A DNA stretch of 64,000 nt, from positions 152,617 through 216,616 of the forward strand of contig CAYGQA010000001.1 in assembly GCA_964352145.1 (NCBI GenBank). Direction: 5' to 3'. Source of the stretch: an uncultured Candidatus Peribacteria bacterium. GTDB lineage: Bacteria; Patescibacteriota; Gracilibacteria; JAUYGZ01. Of the stretch, positions 26,883-36,477 are shown piece by piece. The stretch's first letter is position 1. Every line of letters starts with the position of its first letter. The translations under genes and the position numbers were made by a program. The notes beneath the pieces are model-generated. The model had not been told where the DNA came from. It was given only the letters and a program-made list of their open reading frames with translations, and searched no databases.

Positions 26883-28511
26883 CTATTTCCCTAAAGTTTT
26901 CACAAGACGAAACAAACCTCTCCTTAAGAAGAGAAATACTACTGCTCCATAAATCCCTGCTCCCAGTGTCGTCATGAGGATGATCTGAGAGATAAGCATG
27001 AGAGTACCATCAGCATAAGAGAAGCTATTGGAAATGGAGGAGAGGATGAAAGTCATCACTCCTGAGGCAATCAAGAATATTAGGGTGTTTTTAAAAGGGA
27101 AAAAAGAATGCCCTTTTAGATATTTTTTTGTCAAAATAAAAGTCAGTACTATGACGGCTAGACTACTCGTGATAGAGCTAGAAAGCCCAATCCCGATCAC
27201 TCCCATCCTTTGTGAGAGATACCAAGCTAAAACAGTATTCACTATCACTGTCACGAGCATGACGTAAAAAGGTCGAACAGTATCGTGAAAAGCAAAGAAC
27301 ACTCGTGTCACAAGAGGCATTACTGCTGCCGCTACCAGTCCTATACAGAGATAGGCGAGTGTACTAGAGGTCATCAGGACTGCTTGATCATCGAACACAC
27401 CACCTTCTAAGATGAGCTTCACGATCGGTATGCGTAATACATAGAGTCCGAAGGCAGCTGGAATCATCAGTAAAAAGAGATGATCAAGTTTATCGCGAAG
27501 ATAATCTGATAACTTCAGGTACTGCTCATCTATCACGAAATGACTCAACACAGAAAAACTACTAACTGCTATTGAAATGCCAATGATACCGATTGGGAAA
27601 GACTGGATATCCTGAGCGTAACGAAGAACGGTTAAATTCCCAGCGAAGAGGAGTGTAGCGATGACTCCTTCTATAAAAAAGTTCACCTGGAAGCTTGCCA
27701 TACTGAGGATACGAGGAATCGCTGTGACGAGTAGTTTTTTAAACTCGGGGCTCCAATGAAGTGTTGGTCTCCATCTGAAGCCAAGTTTTAATGCTGGATA
27801 GAACTGTACAGATGCATGAAAGAAGGCTCCTAAAACCACTCCATAAGCTACACCATTCACCCCATACTGAGGAGCTAATACGAGAATCCCAAAAATAATC
27901 CCGATATTATAAACGATTGGAGCGAGGGCATATCCCCAAAAAGTCCTAAAAGCGTTTTGAATACCTGCAAAAAGTGAGGAACAAGTAAAAAAGAGAGGAG
28001 AGAAGAGCATTATCCTTAAGAGTTGTACTGTTTGCTCTTGATTTTCAGCAGAGAAAGCCGGGTAAAGTAACTCTACGAATGGTTTTGCAAAAAGAAAGAC
28101 CAGTACTGAAATGAGTGCAATGAAGAGAAGAAAGCCATTCATGACTGATGAAACGAATTCTTGAGCTTTTTTGCTGTCTTTTTTTTGTAAAGAAAGGAAT
28201 AAAGGAACAAAAGATGCGGATATTGCTCCAAAGACCAACAAACGATATAATGTGTCAGGTACTTGAAATGCTGCAAAATAAGCATCACTAAGCTCTGTAG
28301 CACCAAAAGAATCAGCAAGAGCGTGATTTCTATAGACTCCTAGAAGTCTTGAAAGAAGAGAGGACAGAGCCAGAAGAAAGGTCATTGTCGTTGTAAATCG
28401 CAGTATAAAAGTCATCTGATTGTAGCATATACATAAGGAATACAGCTTGAACATTGAGTATTTACCCAAAAAATGGTATAATAAATAGAAAATTTGCAGT
28501 ATTGGGTTCAT
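26883..28511 (-). CDS. murJ: lipid II flippase MurJ (MviN)
   Basis: LLSRLLGVYRNHALADSFGATELSDAYFAAFQVPD plus about 14 TM helices. The true start is probably an internal ATG (M33 or M43 of the track ORF). Confidence 0.85.
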   Translation of the reverse strand: MNPILQIFYLLYHFLGKYSMFKLYSLCICYNQMTFILRFTTTMTFLLALSSLLSRLLGVYRNHALADSFGATELSDAYFAAFQVPDTLYRLLVFGAISASFVPLFLSLQKKDSKKAQEFVSSVMNGFLLFIALISVLVFLFAKPFVELLYPAFSAENQEQTVQLLRIMLFSPLFFTCSSLFAGIQNAFRTFWGYALAPIVYNIGIIFGILVLAPQYGVNGVAYGVVLGAFFHASVQFYPALKLGFRWRPTLHWSPEFKKLLVTAIPRILSMASFQVNFFIEGVIATLLFAGNLTVLRYAQDIQSFPIGIIGISIAVSSFSVLSHFVIDEQYLKLSDYLRDKLDHLFLLMIPAAFGLYVLRIPIVKLILEGGVFDDQAVLMTSSTLAYLCIGLVAAAVMPLVTRVFFAFHDTVRPFYVMLVTVIVNTVLAWYLSQRMGVIGIGLSSSITSSLAVIVLTFILTKKYLKGHSFFPFKNTLIFLIASGVMTFILSSISNSFSYADGTLMLISQIILMTTLGAGIYGAVVFLFLRRGLFRLVKTLGK

Positions 28512-28568
28512 GAAGAGTAATTCTTTGGATCCCTCACTCCTTTTGTTAATTGGAATTTTTCCTCACAT

Positions 28569-29129
28569 ATGGCTGACACTCCAAACACTCTCGAGAATAA
28601 AGAAGAAGTAAAAGCTGCTCCAAAGCAGTCACAAGCTGTCGAATCACCTAGCTCTCCGCAAGGTTTAGATTCAAGTCGTCAAAATATTGCTGGTGCTCTA
28701 GAAGGAGCAGCTGAAGGAGGAGATAGCGTAGATAGCATGGAGAGCTCTGAAAAAGTCAGTGAGATGGCCGCTGAAGGGCGAGAGAGAAAAGGGGATGGCT
28801 TTAAAAAAGGATCAAAAAAAGATGATGGGAAGAAAGACGATGGAGATGGGAAAAAAGACGATCAGTTTGTGTTTGATGAAACAAACCTTCCTCCAGCTCC
28901 AGCAATGATCAAAAAAATCGAGAAACAATTAAGAACTGATATCTCAATGTTAGAAAAAGAAGCTCGCAAATATCAAGGAGGGCTCTTTAGAAAAGCGAAT
29001 TACTCGAAATACTCTGAGACAATGATAGAAATAAGGAAAAAAACTATCCTGCTCAAAAGACTTGTCAGTATGGCTGCTGATCAACTCAAAAAAATGTTTT
29101 TGCATATGTTTGGAAAGAAAGAAGCTTAG
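28569..29129 (+). CDS. hypothetical protein with K/D/G-rich low-complexity centre
   Basis: 186-aa ORF containing GDGFKKGSKKDDGKKDDGDGKKDD. No motif recognised. Confidence 0.5.
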   Translation: MADTPNTLENKEEVKAAPKQSQAVESPSSPQGLDSSRQNIAGALEGAAEGGDSVDSMESSEKVSEMAAEGRERKGDGFKKGSKKDDGKKDDGDGKKDDQFVFDETNLPPAPAMIKKIEKQLRTDISMLEKEARKYQGGLFRKANYSKYSETMIEIRKKTILLKRLVSMAADQLKKMFLHMFGKKEA

Positions 29130-29136
29130 TTTTTTA

Positions 29137-29772
29137 TCACTTTGTAAGACTTGTCACTGCTTTTTTGATTTGCACTTCGAAATCATCATCCATGTTTAAT
29201 ACGTTGAAGCTCATTCTATTGGCTTCTTTTTTTAAGGAATCTCCATAATATTTTACCATCATTGCTATCTTAAAGAATGTTTCCTCATTCTTTGTTTTGT
29301 TCAAAATCCAATCATTTGGAGTCGAACTTTTTCTGACATTTTCTACGAATTTTTCTCTATCTGATTTTACAAGAAAAACAACCTTGAAGTTCTCAATGCC
29401 GTACTTTTTTATTAAGAATGCAACAAGCTGAGGGGTCACATGATATCCTTCTATGATGTAATCATTTCCATCTTTAATTTCACATATAGAAAACATCTCA
29501 ATTGCTAAGTAACTGCTTTCAGCTTGTTGCATATATTTTTTGGCTATTTCTACTGGAGTAGCAGCAGCATAGGTTTCGTCATTGGTTTCCCCATTCATTA
29601 AGCTATGCGGGTAGAGATCATTTATATTTTTTGGTGCATACTTCTTGGTATATTCCTTAGCGACTACTTCTAAAGTATCAGAGGATACCCATGGAATAGA
29701 GAGTTTCTTTGCGAGTTGTTTTGCAAGGGTAGTTTTACCACATTTTGGAGGCCCACCTATGAGATATATCAT
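29137..29772 (-). CDS. P-loop NTPase / kinase-like protein
   Basis: N-terminal Walker A motif IGGPPKCGKTT. Size and layout resemble small nucleotide/metabolite kinases. Confidence 0.55.
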   Translation of the reverse strand: MIYLIGGPPKCGKTTLAKQLAKKLSIPWVSSDTLEVVAKEYTKKYAPKNINDLYPHSLMNGETNDETYAAATPVEIAKKYMQQAESSYLAIEMFSICEIKDGNDYIIEGYHVTPQLVAFLIKKYGIENFKVVFLVKSDREKFVENVRKSSTPNDWILNKTKNEETFFKIAMMVKYYGDSLKKEANRMSFNVLNMDDDFEVQIKKAVTSLTK

Positions 29773-29915
29773 ACTTTTTTTAAAGAAATCGATAGTAGTA
29801 TGTCATACATTGCACTCACTACTCCATATTTTCATAGTTTAGCACTATGAAACGCTGTAGAGAGCTCTTCTGTTTGTTAAAATAGGACAAGCTCTTTATT
29901 TGATGTTTCTCAAAG

Positions 29916-31112
29916 ATGAAAAAACGCAACCTCGTCCCTCTCGTTCTCTTTTGTATTATATTTCTGGCCTACAGCCTGTACTTCGTAAAGGTCATCAATA
30001 CTACGGAGCAACTTGAGCCAAACTCTATCGCAAAGACTATCAAAAAAGCCCTAGAAAATAGGGCCACAACAGACAACAATATCGACACTCCCAAGATAGC
30101 TGAACCTCTCAGTGAACCTCTTAAGCGCTATGTCAATTACCGTTGGCTCAATGTCCGTGAAAATCCAGTGATCGGAAGTAAAGTCATTGAGAAAATTTAT
30201 ATGAATGATGAAGTGAGTGTTCTTTCTTATCCCACTTCTGGATGGGCTTTGATCGAGACTGGAGATGGTAACAAAGGATATGTTGCTAGAGATTATCTCA
30301 GCGATAAACTTCCACAGACTGCTCCGATAGTGACTACTCCAGAAGTACCTAAAGTCACTGAAGTGGTAGATACTCCAGATGTCCCTGTGATTGATAGCAT
30401 TGCTGAAGATCCTGAAACAAGTATTGTTAGCCAACAAGGAGAACAAGTCATTTACGATCTCCCTGTTATAATCTACCACCATATTTCTGATGAAACACAA
30501 CTCTATCCACCGAGTATGGTTTTGCCTGAGATTAATTTCTTCGCACAACTCGACTATTTAGTAGAGAATGGATTTAAAGCCGTCACATTCAGAGAGCTTG
30601 ATGCTGCGAGGAAAGGATCACAAGCACTTTCTTCTAAAAGTGTGATCATTACTTTTAATGGAGGATATGATGATGCTTATGTAGCTGCACAACATCTGAA
30701 TGGTAAAGGATTAAAAGGAGTTTTCTTCATCACGACAGACAAGATCGGGACTGAAGGTCATCTTGACTGGAGACAAGTGAAAAAAATGCACGAATGGGGT
30801 ATGGAAATAGGATCAGCTGGAGTAACGGGAGCGAGTCTTCTTTCTTCAGGAGAATTCTATGTGCGTGATGAGATCTTTAGATCAAAACAAATCATCGACG
30901 AGCAACTTGGTAAACCGATCATTACTTTCGCTTACTCAAATGGTGCCTTTAATAATTCTGTAAAAGAAATCGTAGAAGAAGCAGGCTACCTCTTTGCTCG
31001 GAGCTCAAACGATGGAAGCCGTTATTCTAATAAACAATTCTTTGAAATACCTACACTGCGAGTGTTCTTCCCTGCAGGTGCGAATCAGTTCCGAGTATGG
31101 TTAGGACAATAA
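29916..31112 (+). CDS. membrane-anchored SH3b plus polysaccharide deacetylase (NodB-type) protein
   Basis: N-terminal TM helix, SH3b-like WLNVRENPVIGSKV...GYVARDYL, and deacetylase-like IYHHISD and ITFNGGYDDAY. Confidence 0.7.
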   Translation: MKKRNLVPLVLFCIIFLAYSLYFVKVINTTEQLEPNSIAKTIKKALENRATTDNNIDTPKIAEPLSEPLKRYVNYRWLNVRENPVIGSKVIEKIYMNDEVSVLSYPTSGWALIETGDGNKGYVARDYLSDKLPQTAPIVTTPEVPKVTEVVDTPDVPVIDSIAEDPETSIVSQQGEQVIYDLPVIIYHHISDETQLYPPSMVLPEINFFAQLDYLVENGFKAVTFRELDAARKGSQALSSKSVIITFNGGYDDAYVAAQHLNGKGLKGVFFITTDKIGTEGHLDWRQVKKMHEWGMEIGSAGVTGASLLSSGEFYVRDEIFRSKQIIDEQLGKPIITFAYSNGAFNNSVKEIVEEAGYLFARSSNDGSRYSNKQFFEIPTLRVFFPAGANQFRVWLGQ

Positions 31113-31163
31113 TTATATACATTTGAATATATTTTTTACTAGCTGAAAAAGAGAATAAAATAT

Positions 31164-31195
31164 AAAGTAGCTCTGAAATACGAGCTACTTTTTTG
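31164..31195 (+). terminator. intrinsic terminator
   Basis: AAAGTAGCTC-N8-GAGCTACTTT (10-bp stem) running into TTTTTT. Confidence 0.7.
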
Positions 31196-31206
31196 ATGAA
31201 TAAGAG

Positions 31207-32280
31207 ATGAATAATGAAACGATTGCTTTAGCATGCCTCCGAGAGATAGGACTGACTCCGAGCACACTGTGGAGACTTAGAGAATTTTTTGGTGAGCTTA
31301 AGAGTGCTTGGGAAAGCACTTCTTTTGCAGGCTTACAGCTAAAAGACAAGGAACTGCAAGCCCTCTCATTACGTAGTCCGGAGCTTTGGCAGAAGATAGG
31401 TCAAAAAGTAAAGAACTATCAAGTATCAAGTCTTCACAGAGAAGACGAATATTTTCCTCTTCTCTTAAAAGAAATTTCTTCAACTCCTCCTTTTCTCTTT
31501 GCAAGAGGGGATCTCAATGCCTTAATGGCGAAGCATCCTATAGCTGTGGTGGGGACTCGTGAGATGTCTTCCTATGGAGAACGAGTACTGCGCCGTATCA
31601 TTCCTCCGCTGGTGAAGGCTGGAGCTACGATCGTCTCAGGTCTTGCTTATGGGATCGATGCACTCTCTCATGAGATTGCTCTAGAGTATGGTGGCACTTG
31701 TATAGCGGTCTTTGGATCTGGAGTGGATGTGATCTACCCAAGGAAGAACAAAGCCCTGGCTGATCGTATCCTTTTGAATGGAGGAGTCTTGTTATCAGAA
31801 CAAGGCTTAGGAGTGAGACCACAAGCTTCATTCTTCCCAGCAAGAAACCGTATCATCTCTGGCCTCTCCAAAGCGACTCTTGTCATCGAGGCTAAAAAAA
31901 AGTCTGGATCCTTGATCACGGCGAGATTTGCATTGGATCAAAATCGAGATGTCTACTCAGTCCCAGGTTCGATCTTCGAAGACAAGCAAGCAGGTACTAA
32001 TCAACTCATTGCGCAAGGTGCATACCCTCTCATAGATGAAGAATCCTTCATCAAGCAATTAGGCTTGGAGATGGAGAAAGAAGCTGTCAGTACTCAAGTC
32101 TTGAGTTTTGATACTCCTGTGGAGCAACAGCTCTACGAACTCTTAAAAGAGGTCTTAGACCTCGATACCTTGTGTAGAAAGACTGGACTAGCTGCCTCTC
32201 AGATCAATCAAACACTCTCACTGATGGAGCTGAAGGGGATGTTGAGATCTGTGCAGGGAAGGAGATATGTGCGCATGTAG
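31207..32280 (+). CDS. dprA: DNA processing protein DprA (Smf)
   Basis: VVGTREMSSYG, SGLAYGIDALSHE, FPARNRIISGLS and SGSLITARFALDQNRDVYSVPG. Confidence 0.85.
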   Translation: MNNETIALACLREIGLTPSTLWRLREFFGELKSAWESTSFAGLQLKDKELQALSLRSPELWQKIGQKVKNYQVSSLHREDEYFPLLLKEISSTPPFLFARGDLNALMAKHPIAVVGTREMSSYGERVLRRIIPPLVKAGATIVSGLAYGIDALSHEIALEYGGTCIAVFGSGVDVIYPRKNKALADRILLNGGVLLSEQGLGVRPQASFFPARNRIISGLSKATLVIEAKKKSGSLITARFALDQNRDVYSVPGSIFEDKQAGTNQLIAQGAYPLIDEESFIKQLGLEMEKEAVSTQVLSFDTPVEQQLYELLKEVLDLDTLCRKTGLAASQINQTLSLMELKGMLRSVQGRRYVRM

Positions 32281-32297
32281 CGAATAAGCTTCGAGTG

Positions 32298-32414
32298 GAA
32301 CTCACCCCGCCTAACGGCTTTCCCTCTCTTCTGCCGAGAGAGGGACTATCATTGGTTGAAACTCACCCTTCCGCTCTTACGAGCTCCCTCCCTCTCTTCT
32401 GTCGAGAGAGGGAC
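32298..32414. repeat. CTCACC-hairpin repeat family, two tandem copies (32298-32346, 32358-32414)
   Basis: gaactcaccccgcctaacggctttCCCTCTCttctgccGAGAGAGGGa and gaaactcacccttccgctcttacgagctccctCCCTCTCttctgtcGAGAGAGGGac. Confidence 0.7.
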
Positions 32415-32434
32415 TCTGATTGTTTAAGATTGTT

Positions 32435-32851
32435 ATGAAGGATTCAAAATATTTATCGAGAAAACTCCGTAGATTTCAAACGAAGGCTGAGAAAAAACTT
32501 TGGTATTTGATAAGAAATAAAGCCCTAGAAGATACACGTTTTACCAGGCAACATCCTCTCCATGTCATAGTAGACCAAAAAAAGAGGTTCTTTATTGCAG
32601 ATTTTTACTGTCCTGAACAAAAGCTTGTCATAGAAATCGATGGAAAGATTCATGAGAAACAAAAAGAATATGATGCATATAGAACTGATTGTTTATGCCT
32701 TATTGGGCTTCAAGTAGTTCGATTTACGAATGAGGAAGCAATAGAAAATCCTGAACTTGTCCTACATTCACTCCGAAACACTCTACGTTCCCTCTCTCGG
32801 CAGAAGAGAGGGAAAGAATCCGTAAGGATGAAAGGGCGCGTCCTTCCGTAG
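32435..32851 (+). CDS. DUF559 (Vsr-like endonuclease fold) protein
   Basis: LRRFQTKAEKKLW..FTRQHPL...FIADFYCPEQKLVIEIDGKIHE...VVRFTNEE. The last ~20 codons are encoded by the downstream repeat copy. Start set at ATG 32435. Confidence 0.8.
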   Translation: MKDSKYLSRKLRRFQTKAEKKLWYLIRNKALEDTRFTRQHPLHVIVDQKKRFFIADFYCPEQKLVIEIDGKIHEKQKEYDAYRTDCLCLIGLQVVRFTNEEAIENPELVLHSLRNTLRSLSRQKRGKESVRMKGRVLP

Positions 32852-32894
32852 CTAGAGATGGTTTTGGGGAGGGAGCGAAGGAGGATGAGTTCCA
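32789..32894. repeat. CTCACC-hairpin repeat family, inverted orientation
   Basis: tCCCTCTCtcggcagaaGAGAGGGaaagaatccgtaagg...ggaggatgagttcc is the reverse-complement layout of the copies at 32298-32414. Confidence 0.65.
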
Positions 32895-32979
32895 ATAAAT
32901 CTAAGTCTCATCTTGTCCCTTTCCTCTTGAAGAATCTCTTAATTTCCGTAGAATTATCCTCGCAATTTACTTTGTTTAA

Positions 32980-33054
32980 GCCATCTTAGCTCAGGGGTAG
33001 AGCACACCCATGGTAAGGGTGGGGTCCCGGGTTCAATTCCCGGAGATGGCTCCA
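32980..33054 (+). tRNA. tRNA-Thr (anticodon GGU), CCA encoded
   Basis: Cloverleaf read by hand: acceptor GCCATCT/AGATGGC, D arm GCTC..GAGC, anticodon stem CACCC/GGGTG with loop AT-GGT-AA, T arm CCGGG-TTCAATT-CCCGG, discriminator T, then CCA. Confidence 0.9.
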
Positions 33055-33168
33055 GAAGAATATATTAGAAAACCTAAGGTTAATGATTATTTATCTGTAA
33101 ACTCCATTACTGTTCATCAAATTAGATTTTGATTATCTAACATCAATAAATATTTCATCATCTGAACT

Positions 33169-33345
33169 ATGACTCCTAGAAAAATTATATTTCTCAATCT
33201 CATGATTTCTTTTCTTTTTGCGATTGCCATTCTCTTCTCCGATTATTTGGCTGGAGAGCAATATGATCCAGAGTTCATTAGGAATATGCTGATCGCTCTC
33301 TGGTTTATTCCTTTTTCCTTTCTTTCCGTATTAGGAACCAAATAA
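33169..33345 (+). CDS. possible small membrane protein (58 aa, two hydrophobic segments)
   Basis: ATG 33169 to TAA 33343-33345 encodes MTPRKIIFLNLMISFLFAIAILFSDYLAGEQYDPEFIRNMLIALWFIPFSFLSVLGTK. Below the track length cutoff. Confidence 0.3.
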   Translation: MTPRKIIFLNLMISFLFAIAILFSDYLAGEQYDPEFIRNMLIALWFIPFSFLSVLGTK

Positions 33346-33362
33346 TCTCTTGGTGACTGTTG

Positions 33363-33788
33363 CTAAACAGTACAACTTGCGCAGAGTCCATAAAACTCCA
33401 GACTATGAGACATCACTCGAAAATTTCTTTTTTTCTGAATAGATGATTCTACTGATTCGAGATGTTTATCCATTTCAAAAGCTTGAATTGATTCACAAGA
33501 GTTACACACGAGATGATGGTGATGTTGACCTTCTTTGTATTCATAACGTATGACTCCATCTTTCAAAACCACTTCTTGAGCAATATCTTGTTGATTTAAA
33601 AACTGTAACTCTCGATAGATTGTAGAGATATTTGGATTTAACTCCTGCTTCTTAAGCAGATTTAGGATGTCTTGAGCAGAAAGGGCACAGTGCTCATCCA
33701 TTAAGTGCTTTAGGATAGCCAAGCGAACTTTGGTCATTCGAAAGCCTGATTTTCTCAAGCGAGCTGTAAGGGCTTCTAGTGAAATCAT
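33363..33788 (-). CDS. zur: Fur-family metalloregulator, probably Zur
   Basis: Winged-helix N-terminus, HHHH..C..C and C..C metal sites. Last gene of the znuACB operon. Confidence 0.75.
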   Translation of the reverse strand: MISLEALTARLRKSGFRMTKVRLAILKHLMDEHCALSAQDILNLLKKQELNPNISTIYRELQFLNQQDIAQEVVLKDGVIRYEYKEGQHHHHLVCNSCESIQAFEMDKHLESVESSIQKKRNFRVMSHSLEFYGLCASCTV

Positions 33789-34588
33789 ATCCTTTTCCCT
33801 TTAAAAATAAACGAAAGACAAAAACAAATCAACGCGACCAATACAATAGTCCCTCCGCTCGCAAGATCTAAGTAAAAAGAACTATAGAGTCCTGTGAAGG
33901 TAGCAAAGACTGATACCAAAAGCGCTATCAGTAGTGTTGACTTAAAATCTTTTCTCCATAAAAAGGCCGTAAGCGCTGGTATCACCATCAAGGCTCCTAT
34001 CAAAAGGACTCCTACTATCTGGATGGAAAGTGACACCGTGACAGCAGCAAGTGTGATCAAAAGGATATTGTATCTTTCGACAGCAATACCTTCTACCTGA
34101 GCAAGATCTTCATCGAAACTCAACAAAAAGAATCGTTCATAGTTCCAGTATAAGATCCCCAGTATACTCACCGTCAAAGCAGCGATGATCCCGAGTTCAT
34201 CCCATGAGATGGTCGTAATGCTCCCGAAGAGAAAGCTGAAAAGATCGCTATTGAATCCATCTGCCAGGCTTATCAAGACTACTGAGATCGCTAAGCTACC
34301 AGAGAGAAACAAAGCTAACAATGACTCTCCAAAAAGCCCATGATAGTGCCTGAGCTTTTCGATGGCAAAAGAAGCTATCAAGGTGACTACAAGTGCTCCT
34401 AATAGGGGACTGACATTAAGTAATAATCCTCCTGCTACACCGACAAGAGAAACATGTGCAAGGGTATCTGCCATATATGAATACCTCCGGATCACCAGAA
34501 AAGTCCCTATCAAAGGAGCTATAGTGGCGATCATCAAGCCCCCAAGGAAGGCTCTGAGCATGAAGTCATAGGAGAATATTTCTAACAT
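33785..34588 (-). CDS. znuB: zinc/manganese ABC transporter permease
   Basis: 267 aa with about 8 TM helices, ABC-3 family layout. Overlaps neighbouring genes by 1-4 nt. Confidence 0.85.
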   Translation of the reverse strand: MLEIFSYDFMLRAFLGGLMIATIAPLIGTFLVIRRYSYMADTLAHVSLVGVAGGLLLNVSPLLGALVVTLIASFAIEKLRHYHGLFGESLLALFLSGSLAISVVLISLADGFNSDLFSFLFGSITTISWDELGIIAALTVSILGILYWNYERFFLLSFDEDLAQVEGIAVERYNILLITLAAVTVSLSIQIVGVLLIGALMVIPALTAFLWRKDFKSTLLIALLVSVFATFTGLYSSFYLDLASGGTIVLVALICFCLSFIFKGKRI

Positions 34589-35334
34589 TATTTGTGTTTA
34601 TGGATATGGGAATGGTCTATTTTTTTCATATTTGATCCGTAGAGTTTTTTTAGAGCTTCATCATTGACAATGTCTTTCGGGGTCCCATGACATACGAGAG
34701 TTTGATTTAAACAAAAGACGTGTTTGACATGTAGTGCGATAGTATCGATATCATGAGATATCAGGATGATACTGATCCCTTGTTTGTTGAGATCTGAGAG
34801 GAAATCATAAAATTCATTTTTCCCTGAGATATCTATGGCGAGTGTTGGCTCATCCAATATCAAAACTTCTGGTTTACCGATCAAGGCTCTTGCGATCAAG
34901 ACTCTTTGCAGTTGCCCTCCAGAAAGTTCTCCTATCAATTGATCTCTTATATCCCAAACCCCAGCTCTTTTAAGAGCTTTCTCGACTTCTTTCATTTTTG
35001 CTTTTTTGCCTCTTTGTGGATAGGCATGGATTTTGACGACTTCTTCGACAGTTGCTGGGAAGTTTCTGGTGCCTTCTCCCATCAATTGGGGGACGTAACC
35101 GATACGATGCCCGAGATGTCGTTTATCACTACAAGCACAACGAACCTTGCCTTTTGTAGGGTTGATCAGTCCAAGGAGGATTTTTATCAGAGTCGTTTTA
35201 CCACCACCATTAGGTCCGATGATACCGACGTAATCACCTTTTTCGATCTCAAAACTGACATCCTTGAGGACCCATTCTTTATCGTACTTGAAGGAAAGAT
35301 CTTTGACCGATATGCATGAGTCATTTACTGACAT
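34588..35334 (-). CDS. znuC: zinc/manganese ABC transporter ATP-binding protein
   Basis: Walker A GPNGGGKTT, signature LSGGQLQR, Walker B LILDEP. Confidence 0.9.
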   Translation of the reverse strand: MSVNDSCISVKDLSFKYDKEWVLKDVSFEIEKGDYVGIIGPNGGGKTTLIKILLGLINPTKGKVRCACSDKRHLGHRIGYVPQLMGEGTRNFPATVEEVVKIHAYPQRGKKAKMKEVEKALKRAGVWDIRDQLIGELSGGQLQRVLIARALIGKPEVLILDEPTLAIDISGKNEFYDFLSDLNKQGISIILISHDIDTIALHVKHVFCLNQTLVCHGTPKDIVNDEALKKLYGSNMKKIDHSHIHKHK

Positions 35335-36431
35335 TGGAGAGCTATTTTAAGATTTGTGAGGTTTTCTCGCATCAGAGAGAGGTAATCGACACCGGCATCA
35401 GCTTGATCTGGAGTGAGTCCTTCTATTGGGTTTAAAACCAAGATCTCCGCATTGGCTTCAGCAGCGATCGTCGTAGCCAGTTTATCACTGACGAGTGTTT
35501 CGAAGAAGACATGTTGTATTCCTTTGTCCTGAGCAAGATCAGTCAACTCTGCCATGTGCTTAGCTGATGGCTCTGACTGAGGAGAAATACCAGAAATAGA
35601 ATGAAAATCGATATCGTAACGAGCTCCTAAATACGCAAAAGCATCGTGACTAACGATCACTTCACTGAGTGCACAGCTGCTGAATGCTGCAGTAAAGTCT
35701 TGGTCCAAAGACTCTAAACTTTGCAGATACTCTGCCGCATTTTGTTGATAGATATCGCTGTGTTCTGGATCAATCTTGCTAAGTGTATCCATGATGATAG
35801 TGATCTGCTCTTGGGCTAATACTGGATCCAACCAGATATGTGGATCGAATTCTCCATGATTGTGTTCGTCATGATCTTCATGATCTTCTTCATCCTCGTG
35901 TTCATCTTCATGTTCATCATGGTTCTCTTCGTGCTCATCATCCTCGTGTTCATCTTCATGTTCATCATGGTTCTCTTCGTGCTCATCATCCTCGTGTTCA
36001 TCATGGTCTTCTTTCTCTTCTTCATGTTTCATAAGCTCGAGTTTTTGACTTATTTCGAGAGTGTTTTTGAGTGCAATACTCTTCTGTGCATCTTCTGCCC
36101 ACGGCTCAAAACTCGCTCCCATGTAGACAAAAAGATCTGCTGCTTGTAGTTCCGCGAGTTCACGTGGAGAAGGTTCGAAATCGTGAGGCTCTCCTCCTAC
36201 AGGAGTCATGTTTGTAACTTGTACTCGATCTCCTCCCACTTTTGCAGTGAAGTGAGCAAGTGGGTAAAAGCTGGCCATTATTTGTAAAGGACCATCGCTA
36301 TCGACTTGAGAGAGTTCTTGGTTTTCCTGTTCATTCTCGTGACCACGTCCGTCTTCATCATGGTGAATATCCGCTTGGCAAGCGCTTAAGAGGAGAGAGA
36401 ATGTGAGAAAAGGAATGAGTAATTTTTTCAT
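35325..36431 (-). CDS. znuA: zinc ABC transporter substrate-binding lipoprotein with His/Asp/Glu-rich loop
   Basis: Lipobox LLLSAC, cluster A-I SBP pattern, and a ~55-aa loop HDEHEDDEHEENHDEHEDEHED... typical of ZnuA. Confidence 0.85.
   Translation of the reverse strand: MKKLLIPFLTFSLLLSACQADIHHDEDGRGHENEQENQELSQVDSDGPLQIMASFYPLAHFTAKVGGDRVQVTNMTPVGGEPHDFEPSPRELAELQAADLFVYMGASFEPWAEDAQKSIALKNTLEISQKLELMKHEEEKEDHDEHEDDEHEENHDEHEDEHEDDEHEENHDEHEDEHEDEEDHEDHDEHNHGEFDPHIWLDPVLAQEQITIIMDTLSKIDPEHSDIYQQNAAEYLQSLESLDQDFTAAFSSCALSEVIVSHDAFAYLGARYDIDFHSISGISPQSEPSAKHMAELTDLAQDKGIQHVFFETLVSDKLATTIAAEANAEILVLNPIEGLTPDQADAGVDYLSLMRENLTNLKIALQCQ
35891..36004. repeat. 48-bp in-frame tandem repeat (2.4 units) encoding the ZnuA acidic/His loop
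   Basis: catcctcgtgttcatcttcatgttcatcatggttctcttcgtgctcat occurs at 35891-35938 and 35939-35986, with a partial third unit. Confidence 0.85.
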
Positions 36432-36477
36432 AAAACATATTAAAAGACTGCCCTAGTATAAGGCGATTATTCTTTTT

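Noticed and set aside
35816-36149. ORFs 35816..36025 (-), 35838..36149 (+) and 35840..36034 (+) with H/M/F-rich repeats.
   Set aside because: They are alternative-frame and antisense readings of the 48-bp tandem repeat inside znuA.
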